Virus record (IMG/VR): IMGVR_UViG_3300038701_002640
Span: 1-56,712 of that record
Strand: one strand, 5' to 3'
Length of the DNA: 56,712 bases
From: a virus
Shown here: piece by piece, positions 1-6,154 of the stretch
Numbering within the stretch: the first letter of the stretch is position 1
How the letters are laid out: every line of letters begins with the position of its first letter
Notes under the pieces: model-generated
Told to the model about the DNA's origin: nothing
Seen by the model: only the letters and a program-made list of their open reading frames with translations
Database searches by the model: none
Position numbers and translations under genes: made by a program

Positions 1-127
1 GGGCAGCTTTATACAAATTAGCTCCAGCCAAATCAGATCCAGACAAGTCAGCTTCAGACAAATCAGCTCCAGACAAATTAGCTTCAGACAAATTAGCTTC
101 AGACAAATTAGCTTCAGACAAATTAGC
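1..127. repeat. Terminal overlap, copy 1 (identical to 56586..56712)
   Basis: Base-by-base comparison of 1..127 with 56586..56712 shows 127/127 identity. Sequence diverges after 127. Confidence 0.9.
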
Positions 128-695
128 AAGAGACAAATTAGCTCTAAACAAATCAGCAAAAGATAAATTAGCAAGAGACAAATTAGCTTCATACAAATTA
201 GCTCTAGACAAGTCAGCTTCAGACAAATCAGCTCCAGACAAAGTAGCTTCAGACAAATTAGCTTTATACAAATTAGCTCTAGACAAGTCAGCTTCAGACA
301 AATCAGCTTCAGACAAATCAGCTCCAGACAAATCAGATCCAGACAAATTAGCTTCAGACAAATTAGATCCAGACAAATTAGCTCTTGGCAATTTAGCAAA
401 AGACAAATTAGCGTAAGACAAATTAGCTCTAAACAAATCAGCAAAAGATAAATTAGCAAGAGACAAATTAGCTTTATACAAATTAGCTCTAGACAAGTCA
501 GCTTCAGACAAATCAGCTCCAGACAAAGTAGCTTCAGACAAATTAGCTTTATACAAATTAGCTCTAGACAAGTCAGCTTCAGACAAATCAGCTCCAGACA
601 AATTAGCTTCAGACAAATTAGCTTCAGACAAATTAGCTTCAGACAAATTAGCTTCAGACAAATTAGCTTCAGACAAATTAGCTCCAGACAAATCA
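1..695 (-). repeat. Tandem 15-nt (5-codon) coding repeats of PRP-B, including an internal duplication (136..308 vs 421..593)
   Basis: Units such as gcttcagacaaatta are repeated dozens of times, and 601..675 holds 5 identical consecutive units. 136..308 matches 421..593 with one mismatch (190 c vs 475 t) at an offset of 285 nt (19 units). Confidence 0.9.
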
Positions 696-772
696 GCTCT
701 TTTACCTCTACTATTATCTTCTAACCATAACTTATGCTGTTCTAATATTTCATTTAATTCATTCTGATTCAT
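1..772 (-). CDS. Pentapeptide-repeat protein PRP-B, N-terminal part (gene crosses the circular junction; C-terminal part is 56362..56585; total 996 nt, 331 aa)
   Basis: Absent from the ORF track because it runs off the edge. Reverse-strand ATG at 772-770 reads [40 protein letters not shown]..., followed by uninterrupted A(D/N)LSx units down to position 1. The frame is continuous with ORF 56362..56706 through the 127-nt overlap (772-121=651, divisible by 3). Confidence 0.85.
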   Translation of the reverse strand, partial: MNQNELNEILEQHKLWLEDNSRGKRADLSGANLSEANLSEANLSEANLSEANLSEANLSGADLSEADLSRANLYKANLSEATLSGADLSEADLSRANLYKANLSLANLSFADLFRANLSYANLSFAKLPRANLSGSNLSEANLSGSDLSGADLSEADLSEADLSRANLYKANLSEATLSGADLSEADLSRANLYEANLSLANLSFADLFRANLSLANLSEANLSEANLSEANLSGADLSEADLSGSDLAGANLYKAA

Positions 773-807
773 ACCTACTCCCTATCTAGTAAACAAAATC
801 CTTTCCA

Positions 808-963
808 CTACTCTAACACCAGTTTATTAATTTCGTCAAGCACTTTTTCATCTTTAGTAACATTATATTCCAATAACAAACTCTTAATCTTCTCCAACTT
901 AATTTGCAATTCTTCATGATCAGTCATAAGATTTCTAACTATCCATGATTGTCCGATTCTCAT
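808..963 (-). CDS. Small hypothetical protein (51 aa), below the ORF-track size cutoff
   Basis: ATG at 963-961 is preceded by AGGAGG (rc of 971..976) and by the conserved GTGCCGGAGTTAGCTTATAGGAGG element. Translation is MRIGQSWIVRNLMTDHEELQIKLEKIKSLLLEYNVTKDEKVLDEINKLVLE, with TAG at 810-808. Confidence 0.5.
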   Translation of the reverse strand: MRIGQSWIVRNLMTDHEELQIKLEKIKSLLLEYNVTKDEKVLDEINKLVLE

Positions 964-1114
964 ACTATCCTCCTATAAGCTAACTCCGGCACTAAAGCCC
1001 AACAGTCTAAAACCTTAATAGTCTCCAATTTAAAATCTCCCTACAGTAAAGTATTTGCCCATTTTAGTTACTTTACAGCCTAAAATCCCCCTATAGGGAG
1101 ATCCCTCCAAAAGT

Positions 1115-1705
1115 CTAAGACTCCAATACCCTAAAAATCTCGGCTTCATTCCAAGCCTCCAACACTCTATGATCTTTATCAAAATATCTTTCAAATACTC
1201 CATCCCAACCGGAATCAAAGCACTTATTTACTCGGTATGTTATAAACCTTAAGATCATATTAGCTCCAAAAGCCCTTAAGGTGAAGTAAGAAAGTAATAA
1301 TCCTGTAGTATGCGGAATACCATCAGAGTCTCTTCGCATTCGTAAAGCACTGTAAATTCGATCAACACAATATAAGAGCCAGAATGGTGCTCCTAAGCTT
1401 CCCAGTCCTCTTTCGTATAGGTAGACATAGAGAAAGAAGCAAAAGTTGCTAGGATGCCAACTGTGACGTCCCCAGAGAGGTGTTTTGATGGGATCAATGC
1501 CGAAGTTAGCTTTCCATGCTGCAATTAGTTTTAGATTGTCATGGCTGAAGTTATAATTGACTTCCCTACCCGAATTGGCTTTGAAGTCTCCGAGGTAGGT
1601 AACTATCTGTTTATATGTTGAATCCGTGACCCAATCTTTTAATAGGTCAACTTGGCAGTCAAACATGATCTCGTTATCTGTTCTATTTGGTATATCAGTG
1701 CTCAT
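1115..1705 (-). CDS. Hypothetical protein (196 aa)
   Basis: ORF track 1115..1780. I prefer the internal ATG at 1705 (MSTDIPNRTDNE...) because an AAGAGGA RBS lies 9 nt upstream and it abuts the stop of the upstream gene at 1710. Confidence 0.6.
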   Translation of the reverse strand: MSTDIPNRTDNEIMFDCQVDLLKDWVTDSTYKQIVTYLGDFKANSGREVNYNFSHDNLKLIAAWKANFGIDPIKTPLWGRHSWHPSNFCFFLYVYLYERGLGSLGAPFWLLYCVDRIYSALRMRRDSDGIPHTTGLLLSYFTLRAFGANMILRFITYRVNKCFDSGWDGVFERYFDKDHRVLEAWNEAEIFRVLES

Positions 1706-1709
1706 ACAA

Positions 1710-2057
1710 TTAATCCTCTTGTAGTCTACAACCATGATCTCTAAAAACCCTAAAAAGCGCACACAATCTACCAAGATCATTCCTATTGGTATCAGTTGCC
1801 CACTTTAGACTTTTCAGACAATCATTAAATATATCTTCGTCAACCATAATACTAATATCCTTATAATTAGATCCTACTCTTCTTAAATAAGACATTCCAC
1901 CGTCTACAGCTACAGCTCCACATTTACAATGAGACATATGATGCCTATGAGCACTATAAGGCTTATCACCGCACTGAAGACATTCGATCTGATTCGAAAG
2001 TATCTTGTACTTCCCAGACTGCTCAGACTTTTCAGACTGTATTTCTTTAGTTTTCAT
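1710..2057 (-). CDS. Hypothetical Cys/His-rich (zinc-binding-like) protein
   Basis: ORF track. The motif CLQCGD...HRHHMSHCKCG suggests a zinc-binding site. Function not recognised. Confidence 0.55.
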   Translation of the reverse strand: MKTKEIQSEKSEQSGKYKILSNQIECLQCGDKPYSAHRHHMSHCKCGAVAVDGGMSYLRRVGSNYKDISIMVDEDIFNDCLKSLKWATDTNRNDLGRLCALFRVFRDHGCRLQED

Positions 2058-2365
2058 ATCTCTTTTCCTATCCAGTTCAATGTTGATTCATATCCCTTGT
2101 AGGTCTGAGGAGGCAGAGTTCCATAGTCTACTAACTTTTCAAGGATTTGTGCCGAAATTAGCTCAACCAATACTGGATTATATGTTAATACTGCATGAGA
2201 CAATAATACTTTTTGTATGAGATCTAAGGCTACTGCTTCATGATCTACTACTGTAGACTTCCCAGACTGCTTAGACTTCTCAGACTTCTTAGACTTTTTG
2301 CCGAAGTTAACTTTCTTTACGTTACTCTCCATGAGTTTGAGTCCAGCCAGTACTTTTACCATCAA
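2054..2365 (-). CDS. Hypothetical protein with a basic KKSKKSEKSK tract
   Basis: ORF track, co-oriented and tightly packed. The start is uncertain (TTG/ATG at 2365/2362). Confidence 0.5.
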   Translation of the reverse strand: MMVKVLAGLKLMESNVKKVNFGKKSKKSEKSKQSGKSTVVDHEAVALDLIQKVLLSHAVLTYNPVLVELISAQILEKLVDYGTLPPQTYKGYESTLNWIGKEI

Positions 2366-2549
2366 GGCAACTTACAAATACATCAAACCCTTTAATAGTT
2401 TGTCTTATATCTAAGGTTACCACACCACCAAAAGGCTGACAAAACATATTGGCTTTTTCAAATGCTGTAACCTTCGTACGTTGTGGTATACTGCAACTTG
2501 TTAATGCTGTCGTTAGGATCAGTGCCGAAATTAGCTTCCAGATGTTCAT
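2322..2549 (-). CDS. Small lipoprotein
   Basis: N-terminus MNIWKLISALILTTALTSC has a signal peptide followed by lipobox L-T-S-C. Confidence 0.65.
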   Translation of the reverse strand: MNIWKLISALILTTALTSCSIPQRTKVTAFEKANMFCQPFGGVVTLDIRQTIKGFDVFVSCLDGKSTGWTQTHGE

Positions 2550-2550
2550 G

Positions 2551-2841
2551 TTAACTCTCCTCTTCAGGTTTTAGATTCTTTAAGATTTTTATTTCCTGCT
2601 CAAGCTTTTTCTTTTCTTTTTTTAATTCTGATAACTCATCTCTTGCATACTCGAGATCTCCTTGATCCCAAAGGGCTGCTTCCATTCGATTAGCTAATGT
2701 TTGAACCTCTTCAACTAGTCCCAATAGTGAACTAAAGCTTCTAGTTTCATAACAAGTTCTTATTTCTTTTAATACATCACACAAAGTACGATTTGGCACC
2801 TTTAGTCTCCTTCTACGAATGGTATAGTTTATATTCCTCAT
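2551..2841 (-). CDS. Hypothetical coiled-coil protein
   Basis: ORF track. The C-terminal half is charged and heptad-like (ELSELKKEKKKLEQEIKILK). Confidence 0.55.
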   Translation of the reverse strand: MRNINYTIRRRRLKVPNRTLCDVLKEIRTCYETRSFSSLLGLVEEVQTLANRMEAALWDQGDLEYARDELSELKKEKKKLEQEIKILKNLKPEEES

Positions 2842-3076
2842 TGAATTTTTCCAGGGGGATAGAATAATAACGTTTGTAGTTATGAACGACTACAGAGCTG
2901 TCTCTATGATTATAATACAAAACGTGTACTAAGTCTACTTTGTTTTTAGATATGTAGACTTCATTAACTCTAACCTCAATCGGCTTACTACTACTTATAT
3001 TGTTATGAATTCGTTTTAATATGAAAAAACAAACTACAGATATTAATAATATAATTAGATATTCAATATTCATCAT
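2813..3076 (-). CDS. Hypothetical membrane protein (one N-terminal TM segment)
   Basis: ORF track. Hydrophobic stretch YLIILLISVVCFFIL. Confidence 0.55.
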   Translation of the reverse strand: MMNIEYLIILLISVVCFFILKRIHNNISSSKPIEVRVNEVYISKNKVDLVHVLYYNHRDSSVVVHNYKRYYSIPLEKFNEEYKLYHS

Positions 3077-3225
3077 TCCTCCTCCATTATGACTTCATCA
3101 TATTCTAACTCTATGTCTCCATCATTAGCCCATGACAAGGTAGTTAAATTTATTCCCGAATACACATCCACTACTACTCCGTAGACTGCATAGGTTTCAT
3201 CCATATCGTAAGCATATTTAAACAT
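3073..3225 (-). CDS. Small hypothetical acidic protein (50 aa), below the ORF-track cutoff
   Basis: Manual translation: MFKYAYDMDETYAVYGVVVDVYSGINLTTLSWANDGDIELEYDEVIMEEE. Its TGA overlaps the ATG of the next gene (ATGA). The RBS is weak. Confidence 0.35.
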   Translation of the reverse strand: MFKYAYDMDETYAVYGVVVDVYSGINLTTLSWANDGDIELEYDEVIMEEE

Positions 3226-3317
3226 ATCTTACACCAATAACCCAGTTAGATCTGCCATGCAATAAAGCAATAACAGAATAAGTAATATTAGTAAATAATC
3301 TTCGTTGTCCATAAGCC

Positions 3318-3512
3318 CTACTGATCTATTTTAGATATTATAGTCTCTAGCTTTTCTTTAACTTCGTAGACTTTAACACCGTTTTTAGTTTTCTCATTTT
3401 TGCAAAACACTTTGGAGAATCCGTCAGCCTGCTCCATTTCTAATATGGTTCCAGGTCTAATAGCGTAAACTCTATTTGTAATGTTACCTGTCACTGTAAT
3501 AAAATCATTCAC
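3318..3512 (-). CDS. Hypothetical protein (GTG start)
   Basis: ORF track. GTG at 3512-3510 is preceded by AGGAG. Confidence 0.5.
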   Translation of the reverse strand: MNDFITVTGNITNRVYAIRPGTILEMEQADGFSKVFCKNEKTKNGVKVYEVKEKLETIISKIDQ

Positions 3513-3618
3513 GCTCTTCTCCTAGTTGATGTTGGTCAGACTCTAGTGCCGAAATTAGCTCCCAAACCTGATACTCATACTCTTGTAGTTCTTCACTGTA
3601 TTCATAAACCTTTGACAT
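3505..3618 (-). CDS. Small hypothetical acidic protein (37 aa), below the ORF-track cutoff
   Basis: ATG at 3618-3616 has a GGAGG RBS. Translation is MSKVYEYSEELQEYEYQVWELISALESDQHQLGEERE. It contains one copy of the dispersed GTGCCGAAATTAGCT motif. Confidence 0.4.
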   Translation of the reverse strand: MSKVYEYSEELQEYEYQVWELISALESDQHQLGEERE

Positions 3619-3637
3619 ATAACCTCCATATGTAAAG

Positions 3638-3835
3638 TTACTTCATAGCTAATAGTTTACTGATTCGCAACCATAGCTTAGGATCACTATTTTGTATTTT
3701 CTTTAAACCTTCAACATGCTTGTATCTCGTAACAACTTTTTGAAATCTTCTTCTTGCTTCATGCTCAGTAATGTAACCAGACTGAACAGCGTTAGCTAAG
3801 TTAGATGCAATATTTAAGGCAGTTTGTTTATTCAT
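3638..3835 (-). CDS. Hypothetical protein
   Basis: ORF track, co-oriented. Confidence 0.5.
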   Translation of the reverse strand: MNKQTALNIASNLANAVQSGYITEHEARRRFQKVVTRYKHVEGLKKIQNSDPKLWLRISKLLAMK

Positions 3836-3866
3836 AATGTCTCCAGTAATTATATTGTACTACAGT

Positions 3867-4070
3867 TTATTTTTTAAAACAAGACTTTTTACAATCTTTT
3901 TTCTTTTTTATTCTACAATCTGTAATGCAATCTAACCTATTGAATTCACTGTCAATCTGCTTAGATAACTTCCCAACCCCCCATGTTGTAACACTGAGGT
4001 AAGTAAAAAAACTCACCAACAGCATTGCAACTAAGGAACTTTTTAGTATTGTTCTAGTACGATTACTCAC
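3867..4070 (-). CDS. Hypothetical membrane protein with a basic Cys-rich tail
   Basis: ORF track. TM segment LVAMLLVSFFTYLSV and C-terminus CITDCRIKKKKDCKKSCFKK. Confidence 0.5.
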   Translation of the reverse strand: MSNRTRTILKSSLVAMLLVSFFTYLSVTTWGVGKLSKQIDSEFNRLDCITDCRIKKKKDCKKSCFKK

Positions 4071-4081
4071 TTCAACTCCTA

Positions 4082-4567
4082 TTATAGTTCTTTAAACTGT
4101 CTAGTAGCAACAATCTCATTTAGGTTAGCGTTATTTTGATTGGCAAACACACTAATTTTCATGATCAACTTGCCCTCAACGACTTTAATTAAAAAATCAA
4201 CTCTCTTTCGACCTGTAATGTTAGAACCATTAACGTCTTCTTCGACATCTTGTCCCGATGTAAAGTTAAGATCTCTTGTAAATCTAATCTCACCGTCGAT
4301 CACTACAAGATTAGTAGCACTGATTCTTGGAAACTGTCCAATAGTATCATTCTGAGGATTAATAGTCAGTAAGTTTTGACACTCAGATTCTAGATCTACA
4401 AGATGCTCAAACTTTTGAGTTAGTCTAATACAATTTGTATCAGATGGTCCATCTAGTAGAAAGTACCCATCGAAAACTCTAGGCTCTTCTGTTGGTGCGT
4501 AATTGTGAACTTTGTCACCACAACTAATTAAACTAACTAACATAACTAAACTAATTAACTTCTTCAT
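4082..4567 (-). CDS. Lipoprotein (161 aa)
   Basis: ATG at 4567 is preceded by AAGGAG. MKKLISLVMLVSLISCGDK has a signal peptide plus lipobox L-I-S-C. The track ORF (GTG at 4600) includes upstream repeat sequence. Confidence 0.7.
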   Translation of the reverse strand: MKKLISLVMLVSLISCGDKVHNYAPTEEPRVFDGYFLLDGPSDTNCIRLTQKFEHLVDLESECQNLLTINPQNDTIGQFPRISATNLVVIDGEIRFTRDLNFTSGQDVEEDVNGSNITGRKRVDFLIKVVEGKLIMKISVFANQNNANLNEIVATRQFKEL

Positions 4568-4580
4568 AAATTCTCCTTTA

Positions 4581-4760
4581 TTATTTATTATTAGATCCAC
4601 ATTTAGACCTAAACTTAAACCTAGACAAAGACCGAGACCAAGACCCAGACCCAGCCTGAGACCAAGATGCAGACCAAGGTACAGACCCAGATCTAGACCA
4701 ACGCCAAAACCCAGCCACAGACCCAGACCTATTAGACTTTTGTTTCTTACCTTTAATCAT
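4581..4760 (-). CDS. (X-Ser)n Trp/Arg/Gly-rich micropeptide B (59 aa)
   Basis: Manual translation: MIKGKKQKSNRSGSVAGFWRWSRSGSVPWSASWSQAGSGSWSRSLSRFKFRSKCGSNNK. Its ATG overlaps the upstream TAA (TAATG), and a TAA TAA double stop sits just before the next RBS. Paralogous to 5040..5207. Confidence 0.5.
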   Translation of the reverse strand: MIKGKKQKSNRSGSVAGFWRWSRSGSVPWSASWSQAGSGSWSRSLSRFKFRSKCGSNNK

Positions 4761-5026
4761 TACTTAAGCACCCCAAAACTTTCAATACAGTTTTTAGCAA
4801 TAAAAAATTCTTCAACACCTAGACTCTGTTCATCCTGATACTTATCAGCAGTAAAAGCTCCTGTTTGAAATACAATAGCAGGATTTTCTAAAAGAACAGA
4901 ATCTCCATTAACTCCGGTTAGTTTTCCTACATAAATGTAATTAAGACAAAAGAATGTAACCCTCTTACCCATTAAAGATTCTAATGCTGTTTCACCTGTT
5001 TCAACTACTTGTACTAACTTCTTCAT
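4760..5026 (-). CDS. Hypothetical protein (88 aa), possibly Sm/OB-like small beta-barrel
   Basis: ATG at 5026 follows AAGGAG (MKKLVQVVETGE...). The pattern GKRVTFFCLNYIYVGKLTGVNGDSVLLENPAIV loosely resembles an Sm-fold signature, which is a weak guess. The track ORF extends upstream into the repeat tract. Confidence 0.55.
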   Translation of the reverse strand: MKKLVQVVETGETALESLMGKRVTFFCLNYIYVGKLTGVNGDSVLLENPAIVFQTGAFTADKYQDEQSLGVEEFFIAKNCIESFGVLK

Positions 5027-5039
5027 AAACTCTCCTTTA

Positions 5040-5207
5040 TTATTTATTATTAGACCCAAACCCAGCCTGAGACCCAGATCCAGACCAATACCCAGACACA
5101 GATCTAGACCAAGACCCAGATCCAGACCAAGACCAAGACACAGATCTAGACCAAGACTTAGACCCAGATTTAGACCCATTAAACTTTTTTCTTTTACCTC
5201 TAATCAT
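5040..5207 (-). CDS. (X-Ser)n Trp/Arg/Gly-rich micropeptide A (55 aa)
   Basis: Manual translation: MIRGKRKKFNGSKSGSKSWSRSVSWSWSGSGSWSRSVSGYWSGSGSQAGFGSNNK. GGGAGG lies 7 nt upstream, the ATG overlaps the upstream TAA (TAATG), and a TAA TAA stop precedes the next RBS. Confidence 0.5.
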   Translation of the reverse strand: MIRGKRKKFNGSKSGSKSWSRSVSWSWSGSGSWSRSVSGYWSGSGSQAGFGSNNK

Positions 5208-5359
5208 TACTCAGCCTCCCAATTATCACAGCGAAATTTTTCAACGTTAAAATCTAAACAGTTCATAATCTTCTTAACTTTTGTAATTTGAACATTATTA
5301 CTCTTAAAGATAACCATAGTCAAAATAATCATTGCCAATAGACAGATAAAGTTTTTCAT
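5207..5359 (-). CDS. Small membrane protein (50 aa)
   Basis: Internal ATG at 5359 with an AAAGGA RBS, downstream of the SLT stop (5388). MKNFICLLAMIILTMVIFK is an N-terminal TM segment. Confidence 0.5.
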   Translation of the reverse strand: MKNFICLLAMIILTMVIFKSNNVQITKVKKIMNCLDFNVEKFRCDNWEAE

Positions 5360-5387
5360 AAAGTTTCCTTTGTTGTGTAACTTCATA

Positions 5388-5882
5388 CTACATTGCCTTT
5401 TGAACCTTGTCAAGATATTTCTTAACTTTTTTCCAATTAATACAATTTTTTCTAGTACCACAATTGTACCTTTTAATAGCTTCCTCCAAGGGATAAGTAT
5501 CATAAAACCACTTTAGTATTTTAGTCCCTTGATCAAAACTATAATCCATGTCCGTCAATAGTCTCTGCTTATCTAAATTGGATCTATCAATATGCCAACT
5601 ATTAACTTGCATGATACCATAGTCATTAGAAGACTTATTAACAGCACCCAATTTGTAAGAACTCTCAACAAAAGCAATAGCCAAAATCAACCCTAAAGGA
5701 ACTTCATGTTTATTAGAAGCTTTAACCGCAGCTCTGTGAATCCTCAATGCATAATCAGAAGACATGTTCTGCTTATTTTCCACAATCTGCAATAGATTAT
5801 GAACACCACCCAACCCAGGTTTAATATACTTGCCCCAGGCATTGCCACATAACAACATACTAATCAACAATAATGATTTCAT
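5388..5882 (-). CDS. Secreted lytic transglycosylase (SLT domain)
   Basis: Signal peptide MKSLLLISMLLCGNAWG. The catalytic E-S motif (AIAFVESSYK) and DYGIMQVN are typical of goose-type/SLT family 1 transglycosylases. Confidence 0.85.
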   Translation of the reverse strand: MKSLLLISMLLCGNAWGKYIKPGLGGVHNLLQIVENKQNMSSDYALRIHRAAVKASNKHEVPLGLILAIAFVESSYKLGAVNKSSNDYGIMQVNSWHIDRSNLDKQRLLTDMDYSFDQGTKILKWFYDTYPLEEAIKRYNCGTRKNCINWKKVKKYLDKVQKAM

Positions 5883-6133
5883 TCGTACTCCTTTAATAGT
5901 TTTAATGTTTGAGCATCCAAAATATTATCAATGCTCTGATCTTCTAAACAACCAAGTAATTTATAATCCGCCTCGGCAAGAGACTTAGTAGTAGCGTAAG
6001 TTTTATACTGAACTTCTTCTTCTACCTTATTAGTGTTCACATACAACTGAGCTTCATCAATTGAAGTAGATGTAAATAAAATCTGTCCTTCAGAGATAAC
6101 TTCAAATAGTTTTCTGTTTCTTTTTATAATCAT
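5879..6133 (-). CDS. Hypothetical protein (84 aa), first gene of the leftward arm
   Basis: ATG at 6133 is preceded by AGGAGG (rc of 6138..6143) and lies downstream of the predicted promoter. The track start at 6175 would lie upstream of the predicted TSS. Confidence 0.55.
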   Translation of the reverse strand: MIIKRNRKLFEVISEGQILFTSTSIDEAQLYVNTNKVEEEVQYKTYATTKSLAEADYKLLGCLEDQSIDNILDAQTLKLLKEYE

Positions 6134-6154
6134 AAATCCTCCTGTTAGAACTAT

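Noticed and set aside
1-695. The regular short repeats at the window start and end could be mistaken for a CRISPR array or a satellite.
   Set aside because: The period is 15 nt with no unique spacers. The repeats are in frame and translate into canonical A(D/N)LSx pentapeptide units, with a proper start (772) and a C-terminal domain. This is coding repeat DNA, not CRISPR.
1091-1101. CTATAGGGAGA, an 11-nt match to the T7 class III promoter core. The AGCTTATAGGAGG elements are also similar.
   Set aside because: No single-subunit RNA polymerase gene is present. The upstream specificity region of T7-type promoters is absent, and the match is on the strand opposite to local transcription. It is probably a coincidence. 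CCCTATAGGG here is also just a 10-bp palindrome.
1030-1218. 62-aa minus-strand ORF overlapping 1115..1705 by about 100 nt.
   Set aside because: The overlap with a better-supported gene is long, there is no convincing RBS, and the sequence looks unlike a protein. The 964..1114 spacer may instead be regulatory.
4512-4838. Plus-strand ORF encoding an (Arg-Pro)n protein (RPRPRPRPSLRPRCRPRYRP...).
   Set aside because: It is antisense to a uniformly leftward gene block and has no RBS. It stays open only because hexanucleotide-periodic DNA lacks stops in several frames. Its flanks overlap well-supported minus-strand genes.
4760-5179. The 139-aa track ORF with an N-terminal (Gly-Leu)n extension, and the GTG-extended 4082..4600 ORF.
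   Set aside because: Strong AAGGAG RBSs sit immediately before the internal MKKL starts (5026 and 4567). A (GL)n tract placed ahead of a lipoprotein signal peptide would block export. I kept this as a finding on frame ambiguity but did not annotate it as the CDS.
5207-5503. Full-length 98-aa track ORF overlapping the 3' end of the SLT gene.
   Set aside because: Its first 48 codons overlap the SLT gene out of frame. The internal ATG at 5359 has an RBS and starts just after the SLT stop, so I annotated the 50-aa version.
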